This document shows, piece by piece, positions 11,968 to 24,460 of a DNA stretch of 64,000 nucleotides. The first letter of the stretch is position 1. Each line of letters starts with the position of its first letter. Where the stretch lies: NCBI GenBank assembly GCA_964016885.1, contig OZ024740.1, positions 182,342,001 through 182,406,000 of the forward strand. Reading direction: 5' to 3'. The translations under genes were made by a program, and so were the position numbers. The DNA is from Eledone cirrhosa. Taxonomy: Eukaryota. The notes under the pieces are model-generated. The model made no database searches. It saw nothing but the letters and a program-made list of their open reading frames with translations, and was not told the origin of the DNA.

Positions 11968-13360
11968 CTAATGGGTACAATTTGTACTATTAGAACATTT
12001 GGGTTTATAATAAAAATAAGAATTAGAAATGGCATGGGGGCAAGAAGAGAATATCTCAGACTTTCTATTCAGTAAGGGTACGCTAGAGAAAATAATAGAG
12101 TGTGTCTCAAGTATACAGAGATTACAAAACTTACTATGTGCAGAAAGGTGGTTAGATCGTGCTACTAAACTCCATTTAAGGCTATATGGTATATAAGCTC
12201 CCTTAAGATCCCAGATATAATGCGCTAGAGAGGTAGAATTCTTAAACCTAACATGTTTGAAGTTAGAGATATGAGAGTTAAACCTAGTCTTAAAAGTGTT
12301 TGAAGTAGATCCTATATACGTTCTTTTAGAGGAATTAGTTATAACCTCGCAAGCGTAGACAATGTTCTTAGAAAGGCAGTTACCGTTTAGAGGGCAGTTA
12401 GCACTCACTCTACAATTGCACTTCCGGGTGTTATTGGTTGGCTCGAGTGGTGATGTATTACACGTAGAACCTCTATTAGATAAGGACTGTTCTGGTGGTA
12501 AAGCATTGTCCGATGCATTCAGACTAGTAGTATGTAGAGAGAAGAATCCATCCCTAATTTTCCTATTATTAGTGCTAGCTAAATGAGAACTAATATTAGG
12601 GGTGGTAGAGAATGAGAGTTTAATAACATTTTTATTAAAAATACCATGGTATTTGTGAGAAGGGGGGAAATTTTTCTCTAAGATAGTGAAGAAAGACCTA
12701 GGGATATTAGTTGATACATCCTGATTATATGGCGGGTTGAAATAAGTATTTAATCGCCTTCTATTTTTATTCTTATCGACCCTACCTCTATCAAATGTCC
12801 CACCGTCGAGACTAGGGTTACTATCGGGAATAGTTGAGGCCACATTCATAGAATCAGCCATAATATCGTTATGCCTATTATAGTTTCTACCTCCAGTAGA
12901 TCCGCTGTTGTCCGGAATACCTACAAGAGGATTAAGGCCAATGATAGGATCAGTAGGAGCAACATTACTAGAATAAGATCCAGCCAAACCAACACCAATG
13001 CGTGAGCGCACAGGGGGCTCGACTTGTCTCCTAGAGGTATTATATTTGCTATTACGAGTCCGGTGGGATAACTTATGGGTGGGTTCAGATATTCCTATAT
13101 AAGTTCTACGGTTACTATGTTTGCTACTCCCATTCAAGGCCATGTTATGTGATATAATGTTATTATTATTAAGAGTAAGCGGAGACTTTCTAAAGTTACT
13201 ATTATTATAATTTATTTTACTAGAGTGACCTGAATTTGCTAGGGCATTATTGTAGTACTCCGCATGTTCATTAAAAGTTCCTATGTCCTTAGATAGTGTG
13301 GAAATCCTATTAGAAACGCCCTTAATTATAGAGTTTATCATAGACTTAGGGTGGTTAGAA
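11968..13360 (-). CDS. PLE RT thumb/linker plus GIY-YIG endonuclease (C-terminal half, uninterrupted)
   Basis: SNHP, FNPPY, CNCRVSANCPLNGNC, IVYACEV...YIGST...FKTRFNSH, CNLCILE, LNRKSE motifs. Confidence 0.88.
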
Positions 13361-13974
13361 TATATTGTTTCTGTAAATTAACCGGGGATTATCTATTCTA
13401 TTTTATTATATTATATTGAATTATATAATTTTGTTGTTTATTATTTGTTATATGTGTTTCTTGTAATTATATAATATTATTGCCTCATGTATATTGGGTA
13501 GATGTATTAGTATTATTTTCACTATTACTATGCTTATTTTTAATATTCAAACTTCTAATAGGGCTTAATTTCTGTGTAGTCGAACATAGATATGTGTGTT
13601 GTTATATGTGTGTGTGTGTGTGTGTGTGCGCGCACATATATACATGTATATATTGTACCTTTTGATTTTTAATTTGTAATTTTAATGTTGGTAAAAGTAT
13701 ATTATTATTATAATGTATTATATTGTGTTATATATAATTCCTGCTCTATATAACCAAATTTGTTTAGATTTAGGTTGGTTGCTTTGGACTATATTTTTAA
13801 TATGGTTCTTAATGTTATCTACATCCTTAGTTATTCTTATTATATATTTTTATTATTTTTATCTTTATTTTCATTTTTATTATCGTATATCTTTGTAAGA
13901 CATTAGTGTATGTACACTCCATATTCTTCAGAGTTTCTGGCTTGTATCTGCCGATATTACCTCTTGTTGTTTTG

Positions 13975-14019
13975 ATTGCCCTGATGAGTCCTTAATAGGA
14001 CGAAACATTGTCGGCTAAT
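13975..14019 (+). ncRNA. Minimal type-I hammerhead ribozyme (inverted pLTR copy)
   Basis: CTGATGA at 13981, stem II GTCCT/AGGAC, GAAA at 14002, predicted cleavage after C14012, stem I GCC/GGC. Confidence 0.9.
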
Positions 14020-14060
14020 AAAAACTTTTGATGTATTAAAGGATTCTTTGTTTTACTCTC

Positions 14061-14130
<70 letters not shown>

Positions 14131-14910
14131 TATACAATATATAGAGGGGAAAGACACAGGAGAATGTATTTTTCATTGCAGGAATTTCGAACCACCAGCA
14201 TGAGAAGAATATAAGCTACTAGAGGCATTGGTAAAACATTAAAATTAAAAGTATAAATGTAAATGAAAAACCATCCTCACCTAAATCACACATGTACACA
14301 CCCACCAGGAGCATGTTTCACCATTTTAGTGGATTCCAATACGGCCCGGTGGGTCATCAGCATGTGGAAGGCCAATATTTCCGCACTATTACAGAGAGAA
14401 CTAAAATAAACCACCCTTCGCACGTGTAGAGATCAGAGGAATGCCTGCTCGGGGTAGTAACTGGTGGCATAAACAGAGAAAGCTGCTAGAGATGGCAGCC
14501 TATACTATTCAATTTAAGGTGCTCAACAGCAGAGAGAGCGCAAGGAGCTAATATCAAGTAAAAATCACGGAGCAAAGGACTCGCGTATAATCCTGTCATT
14601 AAATGAGCTCAAAGGAAATAATTTCCTGGGTACTTTAAAATACAATATATAGAGGGGAAAGACACAGGAGGGTGTGTTTTTCATTACAGGAATTTCAAAC
14701 CAGCAACGTGAGAAGAATATAAGCTACTAGAGGCATTGGTAAAACATTAAAATTAAAAGTATAAATCGAAATTCCTGTAATAAAAAACACACTCTCCTGT
14801 GTCTTTCCCCTCTATATATTGTATTTTAAAGTGCCCAGGAAAACTATTTCCTTTGAGCTCATTTAATTACAGGATTATACGCGAGTCCTTTGCTCCGTTA
14901 TTTTTACTTG

Positions 14911-14914
<4 letters not shown>
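14131..14914. repeat. Non-coding TA-flanked element with direct and inverted repeats (PLE pLTR-like)
   Basis: Direct repeat ~14131-14258 / 14641-14767; inverted repeat ~14551-14696 / 14768-14914. Confidence 0.75.
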
Positions 14915-14971
<57 letters not shown>

Positions 14972-14977
14972 CGTGTG

Positions 14978-15480
14978 TGTATGAAAGCGAGGATGTGTGT
15001 GTGTGTCTGTGGACAACTTTGGACAGCTAAGGCTTTTACAATTCCCAACCGAATTTGACCAAATTTTCTGTACACGTTGCACCTGTCGCTAAGATTGTCA
15101 CACCACAAAAATCTCTCAAATCGACCCTCGTTGAGCAATAAAAAATCGATAGCAAAATTATTTTTTCTAAAGTGCATGATGTAAGAGAGATAATAATGAA
15201 GACAAAATCCTTATGGGATTTTCCATGCAAATTAAAAGTTGCAATTACTTTTACATTTTTCGAGCTTTTTTTTACCAAATGTGAGGCAGGCATTGCCTAT
15301 GCCGTCGCAGTAATACAAGATGATTATTTTTTCTAAAGTGTATGCTGTAAGGGAGAAATCAATCTAAGAACAATCCTTATGGGACTTTCCATTCAGACCG
15401 TTGGGACCTACTTTTACATTTTTAAAGTAATTTCATCCACATTGAGGCAGGCATTATCTATGCTTCCAGGATATTGTAAA
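14978..15480 (+). mobile_element. Non-autonomous Helitron-like 5' fragment
   Basis: TATGAAAG...(GT)n...AACCGAATTTGACCAAATTT layout like 49790-49870 and the 5' end of the 34-41 kb Helitron; internal ~140-bp tandem duplication. Confidence 0.45.
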
Positions 15481-15488
15481 TTTATTAA

Positions 15489-15720
15489 TTCACAGATTGA
15501 TTTTTTTAGTTTCACAAGATCACGTTAAGGATGAAAGCAGCGATTTTTTGCTTAAACTTTAATCAGTTATTTTAATATATATATATATATATATAATTAT
15601 ATATTTGTGTACAGATATTTTTGCATACACAAAAACAAAATATAAACAAACGTATTTATTTCACGAAAGTACAGACGGCTTATCGTCATTGTTACTGCCA
15701 ATATGCCACCCAATAGTCCC
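15489..15720. repeat. Dispersed repeat shared with 50479-50710
   Basis: Same TTCACAGATTGA...GAAAGCAGCGATT...CACGAAAG.ACAGACGGCTTATCGTCATTGTTAC sequence; partial copy at 49436-49470. Confidence 0.75.
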
Positions 15721-16494
15721 ACTACTTTTGGCACAAGGCCAGCAATTACATAGTCAGCTGTTCGGAAATCACAGTTTACTCTTTACTCTACCAGTTAGTC
15801 TTATTGTACTTCGTCTTGCTTTTAGGTCATGCCTCAAAGGAAGAGATAATCCATTGGCCGAAATACTGCGAAAGCGGCAAGAAAAAGAACACCTTAACTG
15901 TTGCTGGTTTTCTTTTGGTAGAGTCATGTTTTTCACACGGACAACTATACGTTGGCTGCTCATTCTGAGTTCTAATCCTGCCAGGAACAACTTTTCCCAT
16001 CATCCTTCATAGTTTATAAATATACTACCAGTTATGGTTCATAATGTCCTACCAACTACTCTAACATGCATTAAGAGATGGATATATTCATTGCCAAATT
16101 TATTTTTCACTTTTATAAGGTGCCACAAAGGAAAGATTACTTTTTTTAGTTCTTTCCTGTTAAAATTACAACCATCTGGAGCATGCTCTCACTATATAAA
16201 TATATATTCTCCCCTGCATTCATTGACAAACATGAACATAGCATTTAATTAATTGCTCAAGTTTTATGAGCTGCATTAAACTAAATTCTGATCAAATTTA
16301 TGTTGGAACTAAATAGTAATTTGGTATGAGCACTAGTTCTTATTTCAGTTTCTTCAGGTTATGTAATTTCAATATCTATTTCCTACATTGTCATCATCCT
16401 GACAAGTTTATTTTGACACATTTGGCAAGTTCTATAAGAAATTATTTAAAATAAAATTACAGAAGAAATTGTCACAACCATTTAGCATTCGCAT

Positions 16495-17078
16495 TACGCC
16501 ATGCTTTCCAGCATAGTTACGTCCCTTTACGATCTGAGTTCAAATCTCGCCGAGGTTGACTTTGCCTTTCATCCTTACGGGGTCGATAAAATAAAGTACC
16601 AGTAATGCACTGGGTAATTGCTGGCCTTGTGCCTAAAGTAGAAACAATTATTTTAAGTTAATGCGGTTGATTGGCAGTATCGGTAGAGGGTCGGACGCCA
16701 TGCTTTGCAAGCAAAGAGGTACGGTCCTTTATCGTCTGAGTTCAAATCCCGCCGAGGTTAACTTTGCCTTTCATCCTTACGGGATCGATGAAATAAAGTA
16801 CCAGTAATGCAGTGGGGTAATTGCTGGCCTTGTGCCAAAAGTAGAAATAATTATTTTGAGTTAATGCTTTGAGGCATAGAGTTACGGCCCTTGCTATTCT
16901 GAGTTCAAATCCCACCGAAGTTAACTTTGCCTTTCATCCTTACGGGGTCGATAAAATAAAGTACCATCAATGCACTGGGTAATTGCTGGCCTTGTGCCAA
17001 AAGTAGAAACAATTATTTTGAGTTAATAGGGCGGTGGATTGGCAGTATCGGTAGATAAAAGTGTTGGCCTTGTGCCTA
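16495..17078 (+). mobile_element. Head-to-tail cluster of SINE family A copies
   Basis: Three successive box B plus CCTTTCATCCTTACGG units and a further partial head. Confidence 0.85.
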
Positions 17079-17833
17079 GGTAACGAATATTCCCTTTGTA
17101 ACGGATAAGTGAATAGATGGAATTGTTGGTATGATGGTTTCAATGCAAAGAATAATACCAGGATTGTGTTGTTACAATGTTTATTTTATTATAACAATAT
17201 TCAATTTGAATATTGACTAATAAAATGTATAACATGAAATATTCGCACAATAATTTGGTGGGTCTTCGAGCCACGTAAATACAAGTATCACAGAATACGA
17301 TTATAATATAATTGTATTGTATCTGAAAGATACAATGTGACAAACAGTAATGGTGCGTGTGAAATGAAAACAGTGTGAACTTACTATGTGTGCGTCTGTG
17401 CATATTAGTATACTTTCTTGTTTTAGCAGTAGTAGTAATCACTCAGCCAAGCGTGTAAGGCGTGTGAGAAAATAGTGGACAGACGTTTTTCGTGAACGGA
17501 GATTTGATAGCGTAGGTGAAATGTCCGTTCTTGTCTGTGGTATCACTTTTCCTGCCGGAGCGTAAACGACCCTTGTATTTATAAGGGTTGAAGTTAGAAG
17601 GATAGATATATCTCTGACCTTTGATTAAAATCACCCAAGAGGTTGGTCTGCCGGGTGTAAACAACTTAGAATGATGGATATATCTGACCTCTTTTTTTGC
17701 CAGGCGTAAACAGCATCTGATCTGTGTTTAGCATCTCCCAAAGGGTTGGTCTGCCGGGTATAAACAACTAACCACGGCTTCTCCCAGAGGCGGGAAAGCT
17801 CAGATTCGGTTTCGAATCTTCGCCGCCGTTATA
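17079..17833 (-). mobile_element. Probable solo LTR
   Basis: Interrupts a SINE A tail; 4-bp TSD CCTA (17075-17078, 17834-17837); ends GGTAACG...CGTTATA, each one change from TGTAACG...CGTTACA; TATAAA and AATAAA in order on the minus strand; internal direct repeats. Confidence 0.7.
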
Positions 17834-17989
17834 CCTATATAAGAAACCATTATTTTGAGTTAATCATACTCAAGAGGGGTTATCAATTTTATTTGTTTAT
17901 AATGTTCTTAATTTTCTATGTGCAGGCTTGACATTTTGTCACTATATGTTTAAATATCAATAATTTAAAATTATATAATTTTACCTGAT

Positions 17990-18899
17990 TTTTTTGGGTC
18001 AAATTTGACTTTTATGGGCAGGTGAAATTAATTAATAGGGGCATTTGACGTATCAACCAGGTGCAAATACTGGTTTAATTTTAACTACGTTGTTTTCGGC
18101 ATAATACTTGATATATAAGGATCACTAAACCTTATATCAGTGCTCCAGTAATTCCAGTCTTGGAAATTGTTTTATACCGAACATAATATTTACGGTAAAA
18201 AATGCTTGCATTTCCGCAGCATTTGTCGGTCGCCAAACAGATCAGGTTTTCCTCGATTTGAAATCTGTTGTTGGGCATATCAATTAATCTCTTCGGCCAC
18301 AACTTCGAATAAAGTTTGTGGTAAAAACAAAAAGAAATAATCCAGTGCTTTAGCATCGGGAGCTAAGGTGTGTTGTGGACCAGTATTTTGAATAAAATCG
18401 GGAACATATATTGGTGTGGTATTTTTCAACCACCTTGCTGTAATATTTTCAATGGCGTCCTGGAGATCTCCTTCGTTTTCACTTTCAAAGCAACAATCAT
18501 CGTCGGATGAAATTTCAGAAATGTAAACATCTGATTCATTTGAAGATAAATCACTAATATTATCTTTTGTTTCATGTTCATTCTGAATGTCGTCGTGTGT
18601 AAAATCTTCAAAGTCGGTATCGTTACTTTCACAAGCCATGTTGATAAACAAAAAATCTGTTCTACTTTCGACGGTAAGAAAAACACATTTTGTTTTAAGT
18701 TATTTCACTATATTAAGTGTTAATTTTCGTGGTAAGGGCCTAATCTCGCAGTAATCTCGAAATGACGAAATGTTGATGATGGTTTGTTTATTTTTAGAAC
18801 GATATTTTAGTGTGGGTGTTATCAGCCGGTTTCGGACGGTTTGAACAAATGAAGGGGAAATATTTTCGGTCGATTTCGGCCGGTTTGAACACTAAAGGG
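17990..18899 (-). mobile_element. piggyBac transposon 5' fragment with decayed transposase N-terminus
   Basis: TTAA (18900-18903) next to a CCCTTTAG terminus; acidic N-terminus, then DYFFLFLP...EEIN*YA...EMQAFF...MFGI...YWSTD...LNQYLHL, typical of piggyBac/PGBD transposases. Confidence 0.85.
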
Positions 18900-19169
18900 T
18901 TAAAAAGAATTTTTGAAAACAAAAATTTGCTTAAATATGATTGTGGGGTTAAACGTTTTGTTTTGAACCAATGCAGAATTATCATCTATCTCACTATCTC
19001 ACTGATATCATGGGTAAGTGCCTTCTATTATGTCCTCGGGTTGACCAATGTCTTGTTAGTGAAGTTGTTCAACAGAAATTGTTCAGAAGCCCATCACACA
19101 TGCATATATATAGAAGGTGGTAGAGCTGGTGCCACAACGTAAATCATCCACTCCAAACTGCATCATGGT

Positions 19170-19450
19170 AGGGTTGGTGTTATGATGAAAATCACCCAGT
19201 CTGTATTGTAAGGTGGTAGCGTTAGTGCTACATGAGAAGTACCCAGTCCACTCTATAAGGTGGTAGTGACAGAGTCATAATAAAATGTGCTCAGTACATA
19301 GTGTAAAGTGGTTGACATTAAAAATGGTATTCAGCCATAGACACCAAGCGGAACATGAAATGTATGAGTAGGATGTAGCAACCTGACGAGTCAAGCCTAT
19401 CTAACCCATGGGAAAAAAATATGTTAAACAGTGATGATGAAGATGATAAT
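19170..19450 (+). mobile_element. RTE-associated 3' UTR fragment
   Basis: CACCCAGTC...GTAAAGTGGTTG...CAGCCATAGA...AACCCATG...(GAT)n, like the 3' ends at 43950-44240 and 61830-62070; similar piece at 1-120. Confidence 0.55.
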
Positions 19451-21409
19451 GATATATATATGTGTGTGCGTATATCATCATGATTTATTATTTATTTTCC
19501 CTGCTAGCAAGAGTTGAATGGAATTTCACAGAATGAATCAGTACTGAAGCAGGGGTCCACATCTCACTTACATGTGGATCCACGTTCTACTGAGTGAATT
19601 TAACTTGGAACCATGTTGAAGGTATCTATGTATGTTGAAGGTATGTATGTATATAAATGAAGTTGCAGGTTTTATATCAGAGTGATCTTCTTCTAAAGAG
19701 ATGTCTTAATTTTATTGTATGCCTGTTGACTCTCCAGATTTCTTCCGCCCTGTGAAATGTTTCACTTTTCATCCCGCAGGGTGTCCATTAGCACCCTCCT
19801 CACTTATCTAGCTTGGTGGGGTTGCCAAATGCATTCAATATTCAGAGAGTGGGATTGGCTACATGCAAAGCTTTTCCTCACTTAAAAAAGTTTGAAGCAC
19901 AGGCATCGCTTGATAAGTGACATTTTTTTTTGCAATACGTGGTATTGTTGGTCATAGGCAAGTCCCTAGCAGGACTAAAAGAATACGTCTGTGATGCTCA
20001 TGCTTAAGTATCAAGCGATGGCATTACTTGAAATCAAGTTGCAGCCATCATCATCATCATGTATGTATTTATGTATATATGAGTAGGGGAGATTTTCTAT
20101 GTTTGGATTTATATTTTCTGTGTGTTTATGTCAGGTATCATAGTAATTCAACAAAAAAAATAGCATACTTGAAAAAATATATACTGAATCAATTAAATGT
20201 ATCAAAGGCAAACCTTAGCATGGCCAAAGTCTAATGAGTGAAATTACTGAAAGAATAGAAAATAAACTTGAGAACATTTAGTGTTTGATTTGAACATTTA
20301 CAGTTAATCTGTGTGTGTGTGCTGAAAAAAGTTATATATACCAGAACACCATCTTTGTGTGTGACCAGGCTGTAAACTAGTAACATAATATAATATAATA
20401 GAATGGTAATCATGGATGGTATGGATAAATTATTCATGGTATTCAATGCTTCTATATAATTTTCCCAACATAAATAAAGATGATTTATAAGGAGATGGAG
20501 GTTTGCATTGAACATGTAACATTTTTTTTTTACCAAAGATGGAAATATCCACTTTAGTGAAAGATAACTACTTTAAATCAGACAGTAATTTTCCTATTTT
20601 GTTGTTATTATTATTATTATTATTATTGATATTATTATTATTATCATCATTATTATTACCATCACCATCATCATCATTATTATTATTAGTTATCTCTGTT
20701 TTTTTATATTATAACAGATCCTCATATAATATATGCCTGCTGATGCTTCTATCATGGTAATATCTAAATACAAAGTACATTCTATATAACCAGTTTGTAA
20801 TTTATTGGGAATTGTATGTATCAAAAACAGAATAGCTTTAAACCCATTGACAATGATATCGTTTCCTTGTGTTCTTGTGTTTTTGTTTTTTCTTTTGATT
20901 TCTTTTGCTGCTTTTGTTGTTGTTGTTTGTATTAGTTTGGTCTCTGAATATATTGAGACCTAGTAGTAATGTAACTTAGCCTATAGCAATTTTAAAAACA
21001 TAATATAGGATATTGTAACAATGACATAAATTTACACTGTGTTGTCAGTCATTATGAGTGAATGAAGTATTCAATATAATCTTTGGGGGAAAAAAGAAAA
21101 TATTCGTCACTGTAGGATCTTTATCAAAAAATATGACTCGAATTGACAATTCTTGAATGTCTTTCATTGCTAAATGATAAAAAATGTGATGAGAGAATTG
21201 TGAAGGAAATACAATATAAAAATTAATAAATTGTTATAAAAGAAAATGCAAATGCATTGAAAAGGTATGTTAATTCAACTGCAGATTTAATATGTGTATA
21301 CTGCCTGAAATCATATTTTAAAAATTCTAATATAATGTAGGTTTATATATTTGTAAATATATATATATAGAATTCACAAGAATCAAAGCTATGTTCAAAG
21401 CATTTATTC

Positions 21410-21454
21410 ACTTACAATTGTTTCATCCAAACCTAAGCTTGGAGTCTTCGGAGC
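21410..21454 (-). ncRNA. Minimal hammerhead motif, U4C variant
   Basis: Reverse complement GCT-CCGAAGA-CTCCAA...TTGGAT-GAAA-CAATTG-TA-AGT; palindromic stem III ACAATTGT; GUA triplet. Confidence 0.6.
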
Positions 21455-21793
21455 ATTTTTCAATGTTTGTATACATAATTGACCTCCTTTCCAACGCAAG
21501 AGACATACAGATTCATATATATATATTGATGTACAGTGGAGTGACATATATTATACTATATTATTTCTGTACAACAATTCAAATTCAAAATTAAATCAAA
21601 ATTAAAATTAACACAAAATTAAAACAAAATTAAAATACATTCGGCAGTTAACACTGATAATGCAAGAGGATAGTTTGTTAGTCAGATGTAGTAGTTAATG
21701 TATGTGTTAGTTACACGTGGGGCATGCAAGTGTGTCCCATTTATATATGATTATTGTGTGGAACATTGCAAACTTGACTGTCACCACACATTA

Positions 21794-21832
21794 TGAACCT
21801 GAAGATTGCAAAAGCATGAAAATACTTGTTCA
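21794..21832 (+). ncRNA. Degenerate minimal hammerhead motif
   Basis: TGAAC-CTGAAGA-TTGC-AAAA-GCAT-GAAA-ATACTT-GTTCA; 5-bp stem I; stem III one change from the palindrome AGTACT. Confidence 0.6.
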
Positions 21833-22639
21833 ATTAACACTTAACATTTAATATTCTACCATACTATTTCATTCTAATACCATTATAAATTTTAAAGGAT
21901 TGTAAATAAAACGAGTAAATCAGACAAAGTTGGAATTCCTTTTATTAATATATATATATATACATATACATAAATATATATACAGTGGCTGTATATATCT
22001 ATATCTCTCTCTCTCTATATATATATATATACCTAAATAAAGCCATCCATGCATCTATCCATCCATACATAAATACATACATACAAATAACATAATGTAT
22101 GAAATAATTTCAAAGCTATTTTACTATATTATATATCATTTACAGGGGCAATAACCTGCATGCAATGTCTGAGGTAACTGTTAGTAATATATATATAATA
22201 AATAATAAACATTGCAAGAAATACTTTATACCCTGTGAAATATTAGCTCTCTTACAAGTGCAATATATATATATGAACATGGTAAGAGAGATGGGATTTA
22301 TAGTAATTAACAAATTATTGCATATGATGAGATGGATTTAGTTAACAGAAAACAGTGACAAGAAACTCTCAGGAGAGCTGGTCAGCAGAGGGTCTTCAGA
22401 AAAGAACCCCCCCCCCCCCACACACAGCTCAAGCGAGTGTTTCGACCCTTAACTTCTGTTCAAATCGTTTTTAAATAAGACCATGCTGCAGCCAAATATT
22501 TTGATGTGATTTATGCCACATATTCAGATGACTCCCACCAACACTTGCAATTCAGGTGGTCCTTTAATATTTTGAAGTAAAAGAGAATTAACTGCTGGTT
22601 TAAGTAAAAAACAATACCAAGTTAGAAAAAATCTTAAAG

Positions 22640-22870
22640 TGTCAAGTGATTAGTGTGTTGGGCTGATGATTGTATGGTCATAGGTTCAATTCTCAGACCA
22701 TTGTTTCCTTCAGCAAGATACTTCATTTCCTGCAGCTCCAATCCTCTGAGCTGAAAATGATTACCAACAGCAGCAGTTGGGGATTAACCTTGCGACTGAC
22801 TAGTGTCCCAGCAGTATGGGAGATTAAAGTACTCTTAGTTACGTAATGCCACATGAAACTGGAATACGGT
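22640..22870 (+). mobile_element. Old, diverged SINE family B copy
   Basis: GGTTCAATTC, CAGCAAGATACTTCATTTC, GCTGAAAATGATTACC, GCGACTGACTAG and GAAACTGG match family B. Confidence 0.6.
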
Positions 22871-24229
22871 TTAGTCTGATATACCTATAGGCTCATGAAA
22901 GTCATGTTTTTACACTTTAATTACCATATTTATTTTAATGAAAGACACTGCCTGTGATTTTCAAATAATTTATAAAATAACCATGACTTTGAAGAGATTT
23001 AGTAACATAAGAAGGTCAAGTCAGGCTTCTGTCTGCTACTGGAATCATGTAACCCAGTACAACTTGTTTCATGGTTGAGTGCTCAGTAACTGAACTGGTT
23101 CCCTAACTAGGCCTTGATATGGTGAGTAGGGTAATTAGAACACCGGAAGCATAAAAAAAGGGAGCTGTTGAAGGACAGATGAACTCCTCAGAGTCAATGG
23201 CCATCCACTACAACTATGGTTTAAATAGCCTCACCAACCTGCAATTGGCCAAGCATGGTTAGTATGGCTACACCCCTGATGAAATCAAAAAAACTCAAAG
23301 TGGTTAAAATCAACCAGGAAGGGCTTCCTCCAACAGAAGTGAGAAGGCCCTGGACTGGAGCAATATAAGTAAATTTCCCATTATGAAGTTGGCATTTGCA
23401 GCATAAATTAAACATTTTGCACATGAAATTATGATTGATGGTTTTTAAATAAATTTAAATGTGTTAAAATAAATAATTATGTATTATAGAACCAGTAGCA
23501 GATTCAGGTTTTTTGGTATCATGGGGGTTAATGTAAAATGTTGACAGTATGATATTCATATCAAACCATTTCAAAAGTGTTACGTGCTTTGCAATGGTTC
23601 ACTTTTTTTCTCTCGTGTAACACTTGTATGATTGAGTTAATTACTTCTCAGGTTTTATCCCAATAACTTGCTGAAACAAAATATATGACACATATATAAG
23701 TAGCAAAGTAGTGTGTGCTGACAAAATTACTAATCTTCTTTATAATCTGTTAGAATTGAAAATTAAACAATGACCCTAATTATGTTACTGAGAGTTGTTT
23801 TATGTTCTGTCTAGTAAATATTACTTGCACCAATGCAAAACTTACGTAGTAAAGTAACAATATCAATCAAATATGTGCTAATAACTGTCTCACCATTTAG
23901 TTGCTTTTTACTCTGTTTCGTTTTCACTAATTACTTTTCTTCTGTTACATCATCACACACATTGTCTTTAATTTACATTTTCAATTGGTGGAGTTGAAAT
24001 GCCAGGAGATATTTAAAATTTTTGCTTTTATATTCTTAGTTCAAATCCTGCCAATGGTTTTGAACTAAGCAGAATCATTAAACTACTTAACAAAATGCTT
24101 GTGGTATTTAGATCCAGCTCTGTACATTTCTAGTTCAATTCCCACCCAAACCAACTTTCTTTTTTACCCTTATGGGATCAATAAAACAAACAATGCAGAG
24201 TCATTAGAGAAAGACAGAAGATGTTGACA

Positions 24230-24460
24230 ATGTGTTACACCTGTCCACGAAGAGACCAGTGTAGGCCTACCTTCAATGGAAGTCAGAAGGAGGGCATAAG
24301 AAACAAGGCAAACCTGACAAGACCTGGTTGAGGTATGTGGAGGAAGACTTGGTAGACATGGGGCTGGTCTGAGAGCAGGGCCATTAAAAGGCTAGCAGCC
24401 ATTTGGAATGGAAATGGTATTTTCCAAATGTTCCATAGGGAATGACAGAAACTAAAGAAG
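24230..24460 (+). mobile_element. RTE 3' fragment (decayed)
   Basis: Translates LQWKSEGGHKKQGKPDKTWLRYVEEDL, the RTE C-terminal GRPxxTW motif; short (AAG)n tail. Confidence 0.55.

Larger units (their letters stand above)
9947..14065 (-). mobile_element. 5'-truncated Penelope-like element (Hydra-clade-like) with ~710-bp inverted pseudo-LTR
   Basis: Inverted arms 10047-10765 / 13361-14065 nearly identical; ORF cut at the inversion junction; hammerheads in both arms; inserted in (TA)n. Confidence 0.92.

Noticed and set aside
15769-16035. Exon-looking minus-strand ORF
   Set aside because: Its start overlaps a decayed SINE A, there is an in-frame stop just upstream, and no protein is recognisable.
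16474-16497. AACCATTTAGCATTC as the second piggyBac terminus
   Set aside because: No TTAA, a weak match, and 1.5 kb of other insertions in between.
16495-17078. CRISPR-like or tRNA-gene array
   Set aside because: Units are ~170-200-bp SINE copies with no unique spacers and no full cloverleaf; eukaryotic context.
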